A stretch of DNA of 63,967 nt, filler included, from Collodictyon triciliatum (GCA_043381765.1; 10 parts of 10 records of this genome joined end to end with filler, not necessarily neighbours in it); one strand, 5' to 3'. Numbered from the whole stretch's first letter, positions 1 to 13,833 are shown. Notes: a model not told the origin generated them from the sequence alone. Numbers and translations are program-made.

Positions 1-70
<70 letters not shown>
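1..70. repeat. (TTA)n microsatellite. Others: (TTTTTC)n ~1580-1690, (ATT)n 2543-2641, (TGTTT)n 7221-7322, (ATCATT)n ~24355-24440, TC-rich 31758-31995, (TATG)n 32556-32664, (ACTCATT)n 36900-36966, (CT)n 46054-46112, (TAAA)n 48470-48607, (AAT)n 53222-53317, (TTTA)n ~63090-63170, (GAA)n 63885-63967
   Basis: Directly visible tandem repeats, mostly in introns or at contig ends. Confidence 0.95.
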
Positions 71-71
<1 letters not shown>

Positions 72-1361
72 TGTTTCAAAGAGCTCGCTCCATCTTATTC
101 ATAGGTTGTTGTACTCACGGGTCGGTGGCGGCTGGCGTCTCGATCGTCGGTGTGTCTCTGTGCATAACCTGTGTTGAAAGGGATGTGGTTAAGTGACCTT
201 TTCGCTCTCCGTGTTGGCTGCGTCGGCCTTCTCGTTTTGCGTACGATCAGTAGGCGTTTCCACGGGGCAGGGCTGTGGCGTCGGTCTCCTGGTAGGCGCT
301 CTCGTCCTTCTCGGGATCCCTCTTTCCGATCACTTGCGTGTTTTCTTTTACCGGCTTCAGAATGTGGCGGGTTGGGAGAAGAAGAAAAGAACGCAAGTGC
401 AATAATATTATATCCAGGAGAGGGTGTCTTTTTTTTCTCCCAGTAGGTTTGTTTCTCAGCAAGACTTTTTCTTATTGTGTTTTTTTATTTTGCTGTTCCT
501 CTCAAGTTTGTCTCAGCGTGATCGCTACATTTATTCACATCGCGGGGTATAGAATACATAAACTTTAAAAATTTTGTCTTATGCCAATAAACAAATAGTG
601 CAAATATACATTCGAACAATTGCACGCAGCATCACCATTTTATGGCGAACTAGAAGCTCAAGTTATTTCTGTATCATATATTCCATTTATATAAAATTAA
701 CAAATGTGGCGTGATGGGAATCTGATGCCATCAGTCTTGGGTGGACTAAAAAGGCAATGATCACGATCCCAAAGCCAATCGCACCACAGGAGGCTCACGA
801 AGGAATAAAGGTGATCAAGAAGACCCTCGAGACTGCAGCTTGCAAAGGTAGTGTCGCACTATTCCGCTGTGGGTTGAGGCCCAGAAAAAAAAGAAAAAAA
901 AGAGAAAAAAAGAGAAAAAAAAGAAAAAAAAAGAGAAAAAAAGAAAAAAAGAAGAAAAAAGAAAAAAGAAAAAAAAGAGAAAAAAAGAAAAAAAAGAAAA
1001 AAAGAAACAAAAGGAAAAAAAAGAAAAAGAAAAAAAGAAAAAAGAGAAAAAAGGACAAGGTATTCTTTGCACAAGGCCGCACACTTTGGCAGTGGAGCCA
1101 CGTTTGTCCAGCCTTATCATACAGAGAGCGATGGTTGTTTCAGAGAGATGCATGACAAAGTCAGGCTTTGAAGAGAACCAGCTAGAGGGACCGCTGTTAG
1201 ATGTCGGGTAGTGGGAGTGATTCGTTGGGTGGTGTTATGCTTTGACTTCCTGAGGCTTGTCTTGAACTTTAACTAGATTCTTCATTCTCTTTTTTTGTTG
1301 CATGTTTATTACATAAATATTTCTAAAAAAAAAAAAAAAGCTGGAAATTATCATTTCGAAG

Positions 1362-2542
1362 ATGGCAGCACCTACGAGCCATGGAGACGCGGCATTTGCA
1401 GAGGGCGAGCGCGCGACAAAAAGAATATCATTATTTCAGTCGTGGAAGTGGTCACACGCAGCCGAACTATTTACAACAGCAACTAACTTCTTCCGCTTGG
1501 GCTCTGAATGTACGAAGTCATATTCTCATATGCAGTCATGCCATCATCTACTCATTCTCGCCCCTCGACGTGTTTTACTTTTCTTTTTCTTTTTTCTTTT
1601 TCTTTTTCTTTTTCTTTTTCTTTTTCTTTTTCTTTTTCTTTTTCTTTTTCTTTTTCTTTTTCTTTTTCTTTTTCTTTTTCTTTTTCTTTTACGAAATATG
1701 GGCGTATGAGAGGGCGAAGATGAGCATTCATAACTCACCCACGAGGGTTCTATGATAGGGACGAAAGTTGCTGAGGCGCAGATCCGATGTGCAAAGTGCT
1801 ATGAAAGGCTTAAGAAGCCTGAGCAAGCTGCATCATGCTATGTTTCTGCAGCACAGTCTTTGAAGCTTTGTGACAGCCCCGGTATTTCAGTTCATATGAA
1901 TGCATCTATCAACTAAATTTCTAAACACAGGAGGCGACATCACATATATAGATATATTGAACAAAACTTTTCCGTGCTCATGATATGATACAAGGAAAGG
2001 TGCATGTAGAATAGCGATTAACATATCTGCTCTCATTCAACAAAACTATGCAGATGCTACAGTGTACCTAAAAATTGCTGCAGAGATTTACAAAGGACTC
2101 GGCCAGCTTCTTCTTTGTGCAAAGCTCATGAGGGAGGCGGCAGAGATACACGAGAAGTTGTTGCAGTTGGATGATGCCCTCATTTGCTATGAATCTGCAG
2201 CGCGTAGCTTTGATTTATCGCAGAGCAAAAGGTTTTGCTTGCAGTCCTCTTTTTTTTTTTTTGAACTCAGATTTCATGTCATTTCATTTAGATTGGTATC
2301 GTTCAATGAAGACGTTTATATATACTCTCACTTTCTTGCATTTTCTTTTACTTTGAATCCGCAGTTACTCTGTCGCCTGCTACATCAAAGTGGCCGAGAT
2401 TGCGAGTCAGACCCACGAGTTTGAAAAAGCATCTTTTGTATACCAGAAAATAGCGGTGGATGCCAAGCACAATCAAGTTTTGAAATGGAAAGTCACAGAT
2501 TTTCTGTTTCGTGCTGGTCTCGTCCTGTTATGCAGCCGGGTG

Positions 2543-2641
<99 letters not shown>

Positions 2642-3325
2642 TAACGAAATACTACAGATATCTCTATCCTATCTCTTTTTTTTTTATCTAACCCTTTTAA
2701 ATTTTTGTTTTCTTCTTCCTGACTCTTTCCATATAAAAAAATTCTTAGAATATGAAAGTTGCAAAGCGAACTTTATCTGTCTACAAAGTGATCGATCGCG
2801 GATTTCATAAAACCAAAGAATACCGCCTTCTGTCAGTAAGTATATGGGACTTGTAACTCGTCTTTAGTGTTATTTATCCATTCACCCATGTAATTATACT
2901 TTCATATAATCCATCTCCTTTTTTTTCTTTATTTGTTTTATACTCTATTTTTATATCCTTTCATTTACCTTTTTAGTTGTCATTTCGTTTCTACCCTTCC
3001 TTTCTATCTCAATAAAGACTTTCTTAAAGTCATACCGTAATCTTTCCACATTTTTAGTATTTTTCTCTCGAATTTGACTTTCTACTTTTTTATATTTTTC
3101 CTCCACCAGTATTTATCTGGTATCCAATCATTTTTTGATATACCCGTTCGTCCACACGACTATATAATTTAAATACATTCCCAGGATTTCATCAGTGCTC
3201 ACCGCCGGTTTGAGTTTGAGGAGGCGGCAGGCACAATCGAGACATACTGCGAAAACACAGAGCTCGACCCGTGGAAGGCTAGCATCTTTCTCTACATCCT
3301 GAGCCTGATGAACCGCGACTCCTAG
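1362..3325 (+). CDS. Alpha-SNAP-like (soluble NSF attachment protein), multi-exon
   Basis: N-terminus ...WKWSHAAELFTTATNFFRLG, helical repeats (AEIYKGLGQLLLCAKLMREAAEIHEK; FEKASFVYQKIAV..LKWKVTDFLFRAGLVLLC) and C-terminal ..TELDPWKASIFLYILSLMNRDS* (TAG 3323-3325) resemble the SNAP family. GT..AG introns hold the microsatellites. Internal exon boundaries are approximate. Confidence 0.75.
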
Positions 3326-3606
3326 CAAAGGGCCACCTTCGCCATCTTTTATAGTCCCATCTATCTACCCCATCGGAAGTGGCCTACTGTCTTGGAGACA
3401 CAAGCCCGTTTCCCGACGCCGCCGCAGATTATCATCTACAGTAAAAGAATCACGGAGTGATCCCAATTATAAAAGAGATATATAAAAAAAAAAAAAATAG
3501 TAAGCGCACAAAGAAGCCAAGCGAACGGAAAAGTTATAAGCGCTTTCTTTTTGAAATAAAAATATTTTTATGTTAATTACTATTTTTAAAATTAATTAAA
3601 AAAAAT

Positions 3607-5869
3607 ATGAAAGACAGAGACGAGGCACGCTCACCCCCCTCTTTATACTCAAGCACACGACTCATGCAAGACTCTCTTGCTGACTCGACCGATCGCTTCC
3701 TTCACGGACTCTCGGCACTGGAAAGCAACCTCGGCCTAAACCAAACGCCTTGGCCAAAGCAACCCCATTCACACCAACCGCAGCCGAGGACGAACCCAAA
3801 CCTGCGGGCCAAGCCGCTCGACAAAGTCCACACAAGCGCGGGTTCCGAGCCATTCTTTGCAAAAGGAGGTGGGTCAGGCCCAGTCAAGGCCACGTGCGAG
3901 GCTGATCTGAACCCGTCTGCTTTGGCCATGATAGGATGTATAGTCGATCCTCTCAGCCACGAAGCCGCGTCGCTGGGCGTTGGGATCAAAGCTCTGGTCA
4001 GACTGGCCAGCGAGCTGCACCAGCAAAGCAAATGTGCAGGACAAGGCTCGGGCTTCCAAACGTTTGTTGATCAGCAAGCTTTGCATACGGAGTCGCCCGC
4101 CCACGTGCGGACGTTGCTGAGTGCATATCTTCGTCCCATCATCCAGTCTAGACAGAGGCTCCATGAACTTATCATGGCGGCCAGAGAGCGATTGGTTAAG
4201 TTTGCCCTCTCGGTCACGACACTGGATGGCGCTGATGCAGTAGCAGCAGCAGCAGCAGTAGCAGCTCGGTGCATCCGGTGCAATGAGGCGAAAGTAGCAT
4301 CAGGTTATGACATCGGAAACAAAGTATCTCGGCCCAGTGGTCGTGATAGGACTGTGCCTACTCCCTTGAACGACACGCTTGGGCTGGGCTTTGTTCCTTG
4401 TGGAGTGGAAAAGGAAACAGCACGAATGGCCCAGCTTCATGCGATCGAGATGATGATGGAAAAGCGTGCAAGCCAAGCTATGAGGGACAAAGACCAGACA
4501 ATTGCTAAACTGAAAGAGCAGTGTGCTTGTTTCTTTCAAAAGCAATCATCAGACAGGCAGCTTCTCCATGACGCGCACAATCAGCTTGCAATCGCGTATG
4601 AAAATTGGCTATTTCATTCCTCTGTAATATATATATTGTCGTCAATTGAGGGATAATTGTATTTAAAAATTAAGTAGAGCGGCATATATCCTTTCGTCCC
4701 TCTCTTTTCAAATAATTTGATTGTTCGATGCCAAATTGTGTAGGGACAAAAAAATTGAACAATACGAATCGGATTGCAAGAAGCAGAAAGAGCAAATTCA
4801 TCGGCTGGAACTTTCTCTAGAACAATCGCGACGTGAGTTAGCAGAAGCAAGAGGAGAGATTGTACAGACCAGACACACACTAAATCAAATACGGCGTCAT
4901 GAAATGGAAGCATACCATCGCCAAGAAGAAGTCGAAAACGCTGCCGTTGAATCCCAAAAAAGCTTTCAGGAATTAAATGCTCTTTTGATGGAATTGAGGC
5001 AAGACCTGAAAGATGCAAAAAGATTGGAGGATTCAAACAGGCGAGAGATAATGGAAAGTAAGAATCGAGAAGAGGAGTTGAAGAGAGAACTGGCTGAGCT
5101 TAGGAGAAATCATGAGATTTCTGTGAAAGAAAATATGGACCTTAGGACAAAGGACCAAGAAGCTGCTCATGAGAGCATAACCTTTAAACTAAAAGAAGAA
5201 CGGACACGTCGGGAACTAGACGAAATGAAGAGATTAGAAGAACGATGTAGAATAGATAATATAGAGCTTCAAAAGACAGTTGAAGTATTAAAAAGAGATA
5301 TTATTGAAGCAAGAAAGAGTGAGGACCTGATAAAACGAGAAGCTATTGAATTCAGAAGAAAAGAAGACCATCTGAAGACAGAGGCGGCTGAGGCAAAACG
5401 GAATGAAGAAAAATGCAGACAAGATTCATTCCAATTACAAGGAGATATCAAACAACTGAGAGATAGTGTGAAGCTATTCAAGGAAGTAAGTGAATCAAAA
5501 GAAAAAGAAGCATCACAGCTTAGATTAAGGGATGTGGAAAGTGCGAACCTAATTCAACAATTAAAGGAGCGCAACCGTGAGCTGGAACACATGTTGATGG
5601 AGAAGGACTCTAGGATTAAAAAGGAATCATTCCACCGCGAGCAGCTCAGACAGAGGCGCAACCAAGCCCAAATGCTGTTGCAAATTGCACTTGAGAAACC
5701 AAAAAGTCAAGAAGCCACCATGAAACATCGAAATCCCGAGCCCGTCCTGAGCCACGGTCATAATCATGACACAAGAAACACGCGCTGTAATCACGAAGAA
5801 AAAGAACTGGATTTGATTGACTTGGTCGACCTTGCCGAGGATGAAACGGCATATGAAAGAGTGTTTTGA
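3607..5869 (+). CDS. Hypothetical protein with long C-terminal coiled coil; join(3607..4595,4744..5869)
   Basis: Two long ORFs (349 and 382 aa) join in frame through a GTATGA..TGTAG intron (4596-4743), reading ..QLAIA-DKKIEQY..; the second exon is E/K/R-rich with heptad character. Confidence 0.7.
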
Positions 5870-6657
5870 TTGAATAATATATATTTCAATACAACTCACA
5901 TACAACACACATTTTGAACCTTATGAATTCCAATAAACTTCATCTCGTACAACTTCTATTATAATTATTATTCTTCTTATCGAAAACAACGGCCGGGGCT
6001 CTGCCGCAAACCCCAAAACAAAGTACCATATAAAGTATTCTATATCAACAGATAAAGACACATTCTTTGAATTTCAGCAGGAAGTTGCTCATTTGGAATT
6101 TCACAATTTTTTTTCTCTGTCGCGCTCGTCGCATGGAAACCACAAATCCTCTTTCCGCTCCGACTCTACCTTCGTGTACCACCAGCAAGTCACGCCGGCG
6201 AAAAGTAAGTCCAAGCGATGCAGTCCCCCTCACACAACCGGATGAATCCTTCAAACAGCTAACTGCGTGCTGACTATATGGCCTGTGTGGAAAGAGTTGA
6301 CCTGGTCTGAACTATCTGGACGACACCAAGAGCAATTTAAAGAGCCCCATCCAAGGGCCTAGTTTTGATCTGAACATCTGATCACTGCCAGCGGATAGAG
6401 ATATTAAAGATTGTGAATGTTGGGGCGCCAATCGATGAATCTATGAAGCAAAGTCTAGCAGCCACGATACTTTATGTGGGCACGACAGGACGCACCAAAC
6501 GACCATTTTTTTATCTCTTCCGAATTTTCCTCTATCTGGCCGCAGAATTATCTGTGGTCGCTAATAGCTTCCGATCACTGGCCCTTGAATTCGTCACACA
6601 ATTCAGATCACTAACTACCATGTGTTCTTTTACCGTTTCTCTTACAGACAGAACAAA

Positions 6658-7059
6658 ATGGGTCGTGTTCTCCGCGGTGAGTTTGATATCTTTTCATGAA
6701 ACGTACTCTCAATATGCGCTCAACGCACTTCTCACTGGAGCCATTCTTTTCATGACACAGCTCAAAGACGTGGTTCTGGAAGCATCTTCACCGTGAGTGG
6801 TTAATAATTTATTACTATATGTTTGCCTTTCTCCCTGCTACCCCTATCACGGTAGATTCCTATGGCGTTCTGAACTTTTTCGTCCTCTCTTCCCTCTCCA
6901 GAGCCACACCAAGCACCGCAAGGGCGCTGCCAAGCTCCGTAACTACGACTATGCCGAGCGCCACGGATACATCAAGGGTATCGTGAAGGAAATCATCCAC
7001 GACCCTGGACGCGGAGCCCCCCTTGCCCGCATCCACTTCCGCAACCCCTACAAATACAA
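6658..7059 (+). CDS. RPL8: 60S ribosomal protein L8 (uL2), 5' part, truncated by contig end
   Basis: Three exons give MGRVLRA / [10 protein letters not shown] / [53 protein letters not shown], the hallmark uL2 N-terminus, with GTGAG donors. Confidence 0.95.
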
Positions 7060-7120
7060 GTGCGTTTAGTTGCATATAACTCTACTACCTGTCCTCAGGC
7101 CCATGCTTGTTATCCCACAT

Positions 7121-7220
7121 NNNNNNNNNNNNNNNNNNNNNNNNNNNNNNNNNNNNNNNNNNNNTTAATTAATTAANNNNNNNNNNNNNNNNNNNNNNNN
7201 NNNNNNNNNNNNNNNNNNNN
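7121..7220. other. Artificial contig spacer (N-run, TTAATTAATTAA, N-run; stops in all six frames). Also at 14339-14438, 24441-24540, 31658-31757, 38905-39004, 46113-46212, 53318-53417, 60595-60694, 62745-62844
   Basis: The same 100-nt pattern occurs nine times, mostly about 7.1-7.2 kb apart, between unrelated sequences. Confidence 0.97.
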
Positions 7221-9524
7221 TGTTTTGTTTTGTTTTGTTTTGTTTTGTTTTGTTTTGTTTTGTTTTGTTTTGTTTTGTTTTGTTTTGTTTTGTTTTGTTT
7301 TGTTTTGTTTTGTTTTGTTTTGCATTCCAGTCCAGTCCAGTCCAGTCCAGTCCGTTTATCGGTCATGATTAGGAAAATGGCCTCCAAGGCAGTGCATTTA
7401 AACAGAAATTACAAAGTCTCTTCGAAAGCAGGAGAGGTGTCTCTATGGCGCAAAAGGGACAAATAAACCCCCAGGATTTTCAGGGATGAAGAGAAGCTCA
7501 AACCTGAAGCTGTTGCTGTTTAAGAGGTGCGAAGCCATAGGACGTCTGAGAGGCCTCGTAAATTAGGTCGCGGGAAACATACATGGCTGGAGGGCGCTTA
7601 ATCTGCTGTGTTGCAACTATCGCAATATGAGTTGTCTGCTCATGTTAGTCTGCTCGTTTCCTTCATGACTCACTCGCTTCTTCGCTTTTCTGATGGGCTC
7701 AGTCGGTTGCGCTTGTGCGGTTGGGATTGAAGTATAACTACAATGCGATCACGCGATAGAATTAGTCTCGAGGAGAGTCTCGCTCAACGGTAACTAGCGT
7801 GGATGTACCATACCTTTTGGCATTTGCGCGTTACTTCATAGTACTACACATGTAATAATATAATGTAATAATTCATTTTTATTATATATTATTTACAATT
7901 AAAATAAAGCTTATATAATCTTAATTATTATTTTATAAATATTTTCCATAAATGAGGAATTGAAGACCACAGACAGAATCACCCCGCCTCGTTAATTATA
8001 GCAGTAGTTATCAGACATAGCAAAAAAGAAAATTATACATATTGTTCAACGAATATTAACAACATTTGTCTAACATTACCATTTATATGCATATGGAACA
8101 AATAACGGCGATGAAAACGCGTTTACGTTGAAATGGTGATTGTTGTTTCCTTTCTGGATTGCTCCACTTTTGGGTCGGCTTCTTGTCTGTCGCGTAATGG
8201 GTCGCAAGAAATGCATTTTTTTTCCCAAGTGTTCCTTTGCCTTCGCTTGGCTTTCAGCATGTTAGTTGTGTGGGCGTTATTCTGGCCACGAGAGGATGTC
8301 CGGCCTAATTATTTGAAAGTTTGAATTGCGCGTGGCGACTTTTCCAGTAGACGACTTTTGCCCATATTCTGCAGGGACGGGGGCGGTTTGCGAGGTGTTT
8401 CATTTATGTAGAAACTTTCTCTCGTAGGTGCCCGTGAAACACAATGATCCTCTTTCTTCCCGGTGTCCAACCCGCCCCAGCCCCAATCGCGCGGATTATT
8501 TCTTTGAGCTTCCCTTGTGGAGTACGGAGGATAATCTTAAAAAACCGACAAAAAGCCCAAAAAAAAGAAAGGAAAGGACTTTAGGCCCCTCAAAGTCTCT
8601 TTGTGCGTTAGTCCCACGAGCCAGGAATCCCCGTCAGCAAAGTCATCCTACACTTATCTGAGGTCAGTTGTTTCCCTTCTCCCTAAAGCCACTCGAAAAA
8701 CAGTCCTCCCTATCGTCGTCCTATATTGGGCGCAGATTCCCCCGACTTCCTCTTCTCTTCTCCGATCACTAGAGCAGACAAAATAAGGATATTTTGTTTT
8801 ATTCTTATCACACGAGTGATATTTGGCCAAAAGAGTGTGCGAGTTTAAGATCATAGCGCTCACTGGGCTCCGGTTTCACCTTGTCACCCAGCCTCAATAT
8901 TTTCGACAATAACACCTTGAGTATTTGGCCACAAGTCCGTCGGAGGAACCCGCAGTAGTGACTTTTCTTTTTTTTTTTCCTGCCACAAACCATGCTACCG
9001 CGCTCCGCGCATCATCAACAATCAGATTCGTGTCACTTTGTGGTCTTGTCCCTGGTTATTGCAATAATTTTATTGGATTTTTTGTTGGTTCAGATTCGCA
9101 ATGATTCACTTTCCAGAAATTTCCATGAATTACACCGTATGCGGCCAATCTCTTACCTCCGACTTTGTGACTGTGTCTCGTCCCGTTTTCCTGTCTCCCC
9201 ATCCACCCCAACCAATCCGACAAACCAGTATTCTTCGATGCAAACCTACCACGTCTTAATTTCGGAGCTGGTCGTGGGTTATTTATAGCCTTCACTCTCC
9301 TTTGTTCAGTTTATATTGCAGATACCTGATGGTCTCGCAGCCACTCTACCTTGTAGCTTTCCTAATGCAATCAGCTACACGCGTCCTTTTCCTTCACCCC
9401 TCTAGCCCAAAACTCAAACAACTAGTCACCCAGTCGTATTACATAATACCCAATCATATCCCACGTGTTCATAACTAACTCGCAAAAGATTCTACTTCCT
9501 CTCCCACGCTTCACAAAATCCAGA

Positions 9525-12258
9525 ATGTCCGCTCCCTTCCACAATACTTCCCTCTACGTCGGTAATTTGAAGCCCGAGGTTACCGAGAACGACCTTTTCC
9601 TGCACTTCAGCGCTGTTGGTCCTCTCCACTCCACCCGTGTTTGCCGCGATGCCATCACCCGCATGTCCCTCAAGTACGGCTACGTGAATTTCCAGTCGCA
9701 AGCCGATGGTCAGTCCAATCTTTTCTCTATTGTTAATAGTTTTCCTATTAGACCACCATTGCGCTGTTTTTTTTCCACTGTTCCTTTTCTTTAGCCTGCC
9801 AACAAGTCTTCTGGTAAAGCATATTTCATTTTTTTAAGAAAAAAACCGTCGTCGACATAACTCTTTTTCTTCTTCTCCTTAGCTGAGCGTGCCGTCGACT
9901 CCCTCAACTACAGCCACATCCAAGGCCAACCTTGCCGTCTGATGTGGAGCCAACGTGATCCCTCTCTCCGCCGCTCAGGTGCTGGAAACATCTTCATCAA
10001 GAACCTTGAGAAGAGCATCGACGAAAAGATCCTGTACGATACCTTTAGCATGTTTGGAACCATCCTGTCCTGCAAGATTGAGACTGACGAGACTGGAAAG
10101 TCCCGAGGCTTTGGTTATGTCCACTATGAAACCCTAGAAGCTGCCGAAGCTGCTATCAACCAAGTGAACGGCAAGATGATCAATGAACTCATTGTTTATG
10201 TGGGCAAGTTTATTCCCAAGAAGCAGCCGTCTGAAGTCCGCTTTAACAACATCTACGTCAAAAACCTTGATGAATCAATCGACTCCAACAAGGTACTTCT
10301 AGATCCTTGTGAGATCATTAATCGATAACATTATTTGGGGTTTCTTGAATCTCATACCTGTATTTCTCTTGAAACAGCTGTCCGAGATCTTCTCTCAGTT
10401 CGGTGAAATCATCAGCCCCTTTGTCGTTACTGACAACCAAGGACGATCCCGAGGTTTTGGCTTCGTCTCTTTCCATAGACACGAAGACGCTGTCAAGGTA
10501 TACCCACTTCCTTACTTTCTCTAAAAAAACATTCTTCCATCACAGCTCGCATATCTCCTGGCTTCATTTGTACCATGCATGGAAACATACCAAATCTGAC
10601 TTGCTCGTCGGATTTTTTTTTTTTTGTAGGCCATCGAAGGAATGAATGGCGTCGAGGTTTGTGGTAAGAGCATTTACTGCACTCGTGCCCTCAAAAAGGA
10701 GGAGCGCTTCCGCGAGATTCAAGCCCAGACCAAGGCCTTCCGTATGAGCCAGCAAAAGAAATACGAGGTGACATACGACGCATTTTGCAACACTTGTTCA
10801 ATATTACCGATACCTCCCCCCCCCCCCCCCCCCCCCCATCTTTTGCTTCTTACCATACACCATGCCTCATCGAACTCCCAGGGAACCAACCTGTACGTCA
10901 AGTACCTCGACGACGATGTGGATGATATCAAGCTTACTGATGCCTTCAAGACCTATGGCCCCATTATCCGCGCAGCCGTGATGCGCAACCCAGACGGACG
11001 TAGCAAGGGCTTTGGCTTCGTGTGCTTCCACAATGCCGAAGATGCCGAACGCGCTCTCCGTGAGGTGCACAACAAGCTCGTCTGGTCGCGTCCACTCTAT
11101 GTTACCCAAGCCCAGCGCAAGGACGAGAGAAGAGCATACCTCGAGGCCATCCAAAGCACCCGTGGACAGCGTCTGGACGCTCCATTCTTCGGGCCAGCTG
11201 GCGGCATGTACCCTGCCAACCTCTACTACGGCGGAATGCCTCCCCGCCCTGTCTACGGCTACCCACCCGTTCGCTATAGCTCGGGCATGGGCTCAGTCCC
11301 CATGGGTGGACCTGGAGTCCCCGGCCGCGGCCCAGCCAATCCCGTCGCCCAGGCCCCCGGTGCCCTCAACCCCGCCGCCGGTCGTCCGGGCCAAGGAAGC
11401 CCCTACTACGCCAACCCGGCCGTTGCTGCCGGCGGACACCACCAGTCCTTCCACACCCAGGGCCGCGCCCGCCCTCTCCGCAACCCCAACATCGGAGGAG
11501 CCCCTGGCGGTCCCTCTGGGTATCCCCCTCTCCGTGCTAACGCCCCAGGCAACCCTGGTCCTCTTGGAGGGCAGGGAGTCCAAGGCCAGGCAGTTGTTGC
11601 TCAGCGTGTCCGCAACGGGCCACCTGGTCCCGTCCCCATGAACGCTGCCGGTCCCAACGCTGGCCGCTTCCGCTTTGGAACAAACGCACCAGCCAATGTC
11701 CGCCCGACCGGCGCCCCCAACCGCGGCCCAGTCCCTGCCGGGCAGCGTAAGGCTCTGTTCATTTTCCAATACATTTCCTTATCGTCATATGCTATCACAT
11801 GCTTTTCAAAATAATACGCCACTGAACGGTCATTTCTTACCTGTCCTAATTATTTCCCTCATCATATTCGCTTTTCTCTGCCATTTTCTCCAAGAAAGAA
11901 ACCACGGCATAGAAAGTTGTTTTGAGGTATTTTGCTCACATCCCTGCCCTTTTTGCCTTGCACAATAGCTGGTCTGCAGCAACTCTCGCAGATCCCATCC
12001 GAGGACCAGCGACGCATTCTCGGTGACGCCATTTTCCACAGAGTCAGCGCTTCCTACCCGCAACTTGCCACCCGCATCACTGGAATGATCCTCGAGATGG
12101 ACACCTCTGAAGTTGTGAGTCTGCTGGAGTTCCCAGAGGCGCTTACCAACAAGGTCGAGGAGGCCAAGAAGGTCCTGGAAGAGTACAGCCTGAACGCTGG
12201 CCCTGCTGAACAGTTCACCGCCCCTCAGCACGGCGTGCCCATCGCCAACAGCTCATAG
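9525..12258 (+). CDS. PABPC: Cytoplasmic poly(A)-binding protein (4 RRM, Pro/Gly linker, PABC/MLLE), about 6 coding exons
   Basis: RRM1 SLYVGNL..RVCRDAITRMSLKYGYVNF; MWSQRDPSLRRSGAGNIFIKNL; RRM2-4 RNP1 motifs (SRGFGYV, SRGFGFV, SKGFGFVCF); MLLE-like QRRILGDAIF..ITGMILEMD. Confidence 0.96.
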
Positions 12259-13833
12259 GTTCTGTTCTCCCCTCATTTTGTTGTCTGTGGAGACAATGCT
12301 ACTATCTCCTTCTCCTGCCGCAATTTTGCCTTATACTCGTGCATTGGTGGGGCCACAACTCTGCCTTTTCTTTTCTTTTCTTTTCTTTTCTTCCTTCTCC
12401 TGTCCTCTTCTCTCCCTTGAATTATACATGTTGCCAGATGTGTTATACTGACTTGACGTTCCTTCTGTCTCATTTGTAGACTTGTCGGTCTCGGACAAGC
12501 TTGAGTCACTGGTCGAGCAGAGCCGCCCATCACGTAAGCTTCCATGATGGAGCCGGCAAACTTTGATGCTTCTTTTTGTCTATGTCCTTCCTAACCTGCC
12601 TGCGTCCCGTTTACTTCTTGGACCTGCGGGTTTATGCGGCTGCCTTTGTCCTCTCATTAAAGTTTTGCTCGGCCCTTGGCCCAATCTATCCGCCAGTCAC
12701 CCTGCAAATGCGGCCGTTACCAACACACTAGTCACCTTCCCTGCTTCCTTCTCTTGATTTGTTTTACATATCTATTCTATTCTTTTTTATTTTATTGAAT
12801 TTCTCTGTCTGGTTTGTTTTAGTACGAGTAGATCTTTTCACATCAGACGCTCTGGGTGACTTCGGATCACATCTGACTGCGCATGATCGAATAGCGCACC
12901 GTGGGAAACCATAATAATCCTGGGTTAACAACCCGTGAGAGCCTTAAACCTTCTTTCACAGCTCTTTCTTTCCTGAAAAGGCTGGAGACGAAAGGCAGAG
13001 GTAAAAGATCAAGGCAAGAAGTGGCCGCATAGAGGAAACTACATTGAAAAATATTATTTCAAAAAAATGCGACTGTGTCTTAGATACGGAAGACTCAAGA
13101 CCTTGCACTTTTCATATTCAGCCATGACACAAGTTTTATCCATAGTCGCCCTTTCTTTTTCTTTTCTTTTTTTTCCGCCTCAAAGTGGGGGAAATAGGCA
13201 GTGTGGCCAACGACAATATCGTCAACACAGACTTGGTGTAGGGAAAAGACGCAGCAATAAAAGCTTTTATGAAATAAACTTCGTGTGAAAACAGGATTGG
13301 AGGGATATCGCCAAAAGACAGTTTTTTTTTTGAATGCGTGGCTACGCCAAGAGAGTTTGCAAACAAGCGTAAAAGAGACAGCACACAACCATGTAGGATG
13401 TTGGGGACGGGGGCTTCTTGACGAATAGAATGAAACACTATTCAATGCTTTGGGCTTCTCGGGTTTGCGTGGGCGTGTTCGGCTCCCTTCTGCCCACCGT
13501 TGCTGCTCGGTTGTGATTGGATCAAAGAGAGGATCCCACTATGTTACATTAATCTCGAGGGCGGAGCACAGCGAGAAAATTCCACTTATACAATCATGGA
13601 CTGACTAGATTTGGACATGGTTCGACTTATGTATACAATTATCAATATATCTAATATTTTTATTATATATTTATGTTTTCAATTGGATAAAATTGTCAAT
13701 TTATATCATATATGTATATATTCCGCATTTAAATATTGATGAGTTTTTCTTTAGGGAAAAATGTGGATGGCGTCGTATAGTTTTGGCTGCGTTTCATAAG
13801 CAAAAGACGATCACCAGCCAACTTCCAACAAAG

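Noticed and set aside
757-1755. Poly-K, poly-F and FL-repeat ORFs (similar ones at 2485, 7230, 31706, 32457, 52181, 53170, 63064)
   Set aside because: Translations of microsatellites or low-complexity intron DNA.
6200-6390. Possible box C/D snoRNAs upstream of RPL8 (several CTGA)
   Set aside because: No convincing RUGAUGA box C, terminal stem or rRNA-complementary guide identified by eye.
7121-7220. Regularly spaced palindrome TTAATTAATTAA recurring about every 7.2 kb
   Set aside because: Always embedded in N runs of constant length; it is an assembly linker with six-frame stops, not a biological repeat.
13430-13560. Hairpin GTGGGC..GCCCAC followed by ACA, a possible H/ACA RNA
   Set aside because: Only one short stem, with no clear H box or second hairpin; insufficient support.
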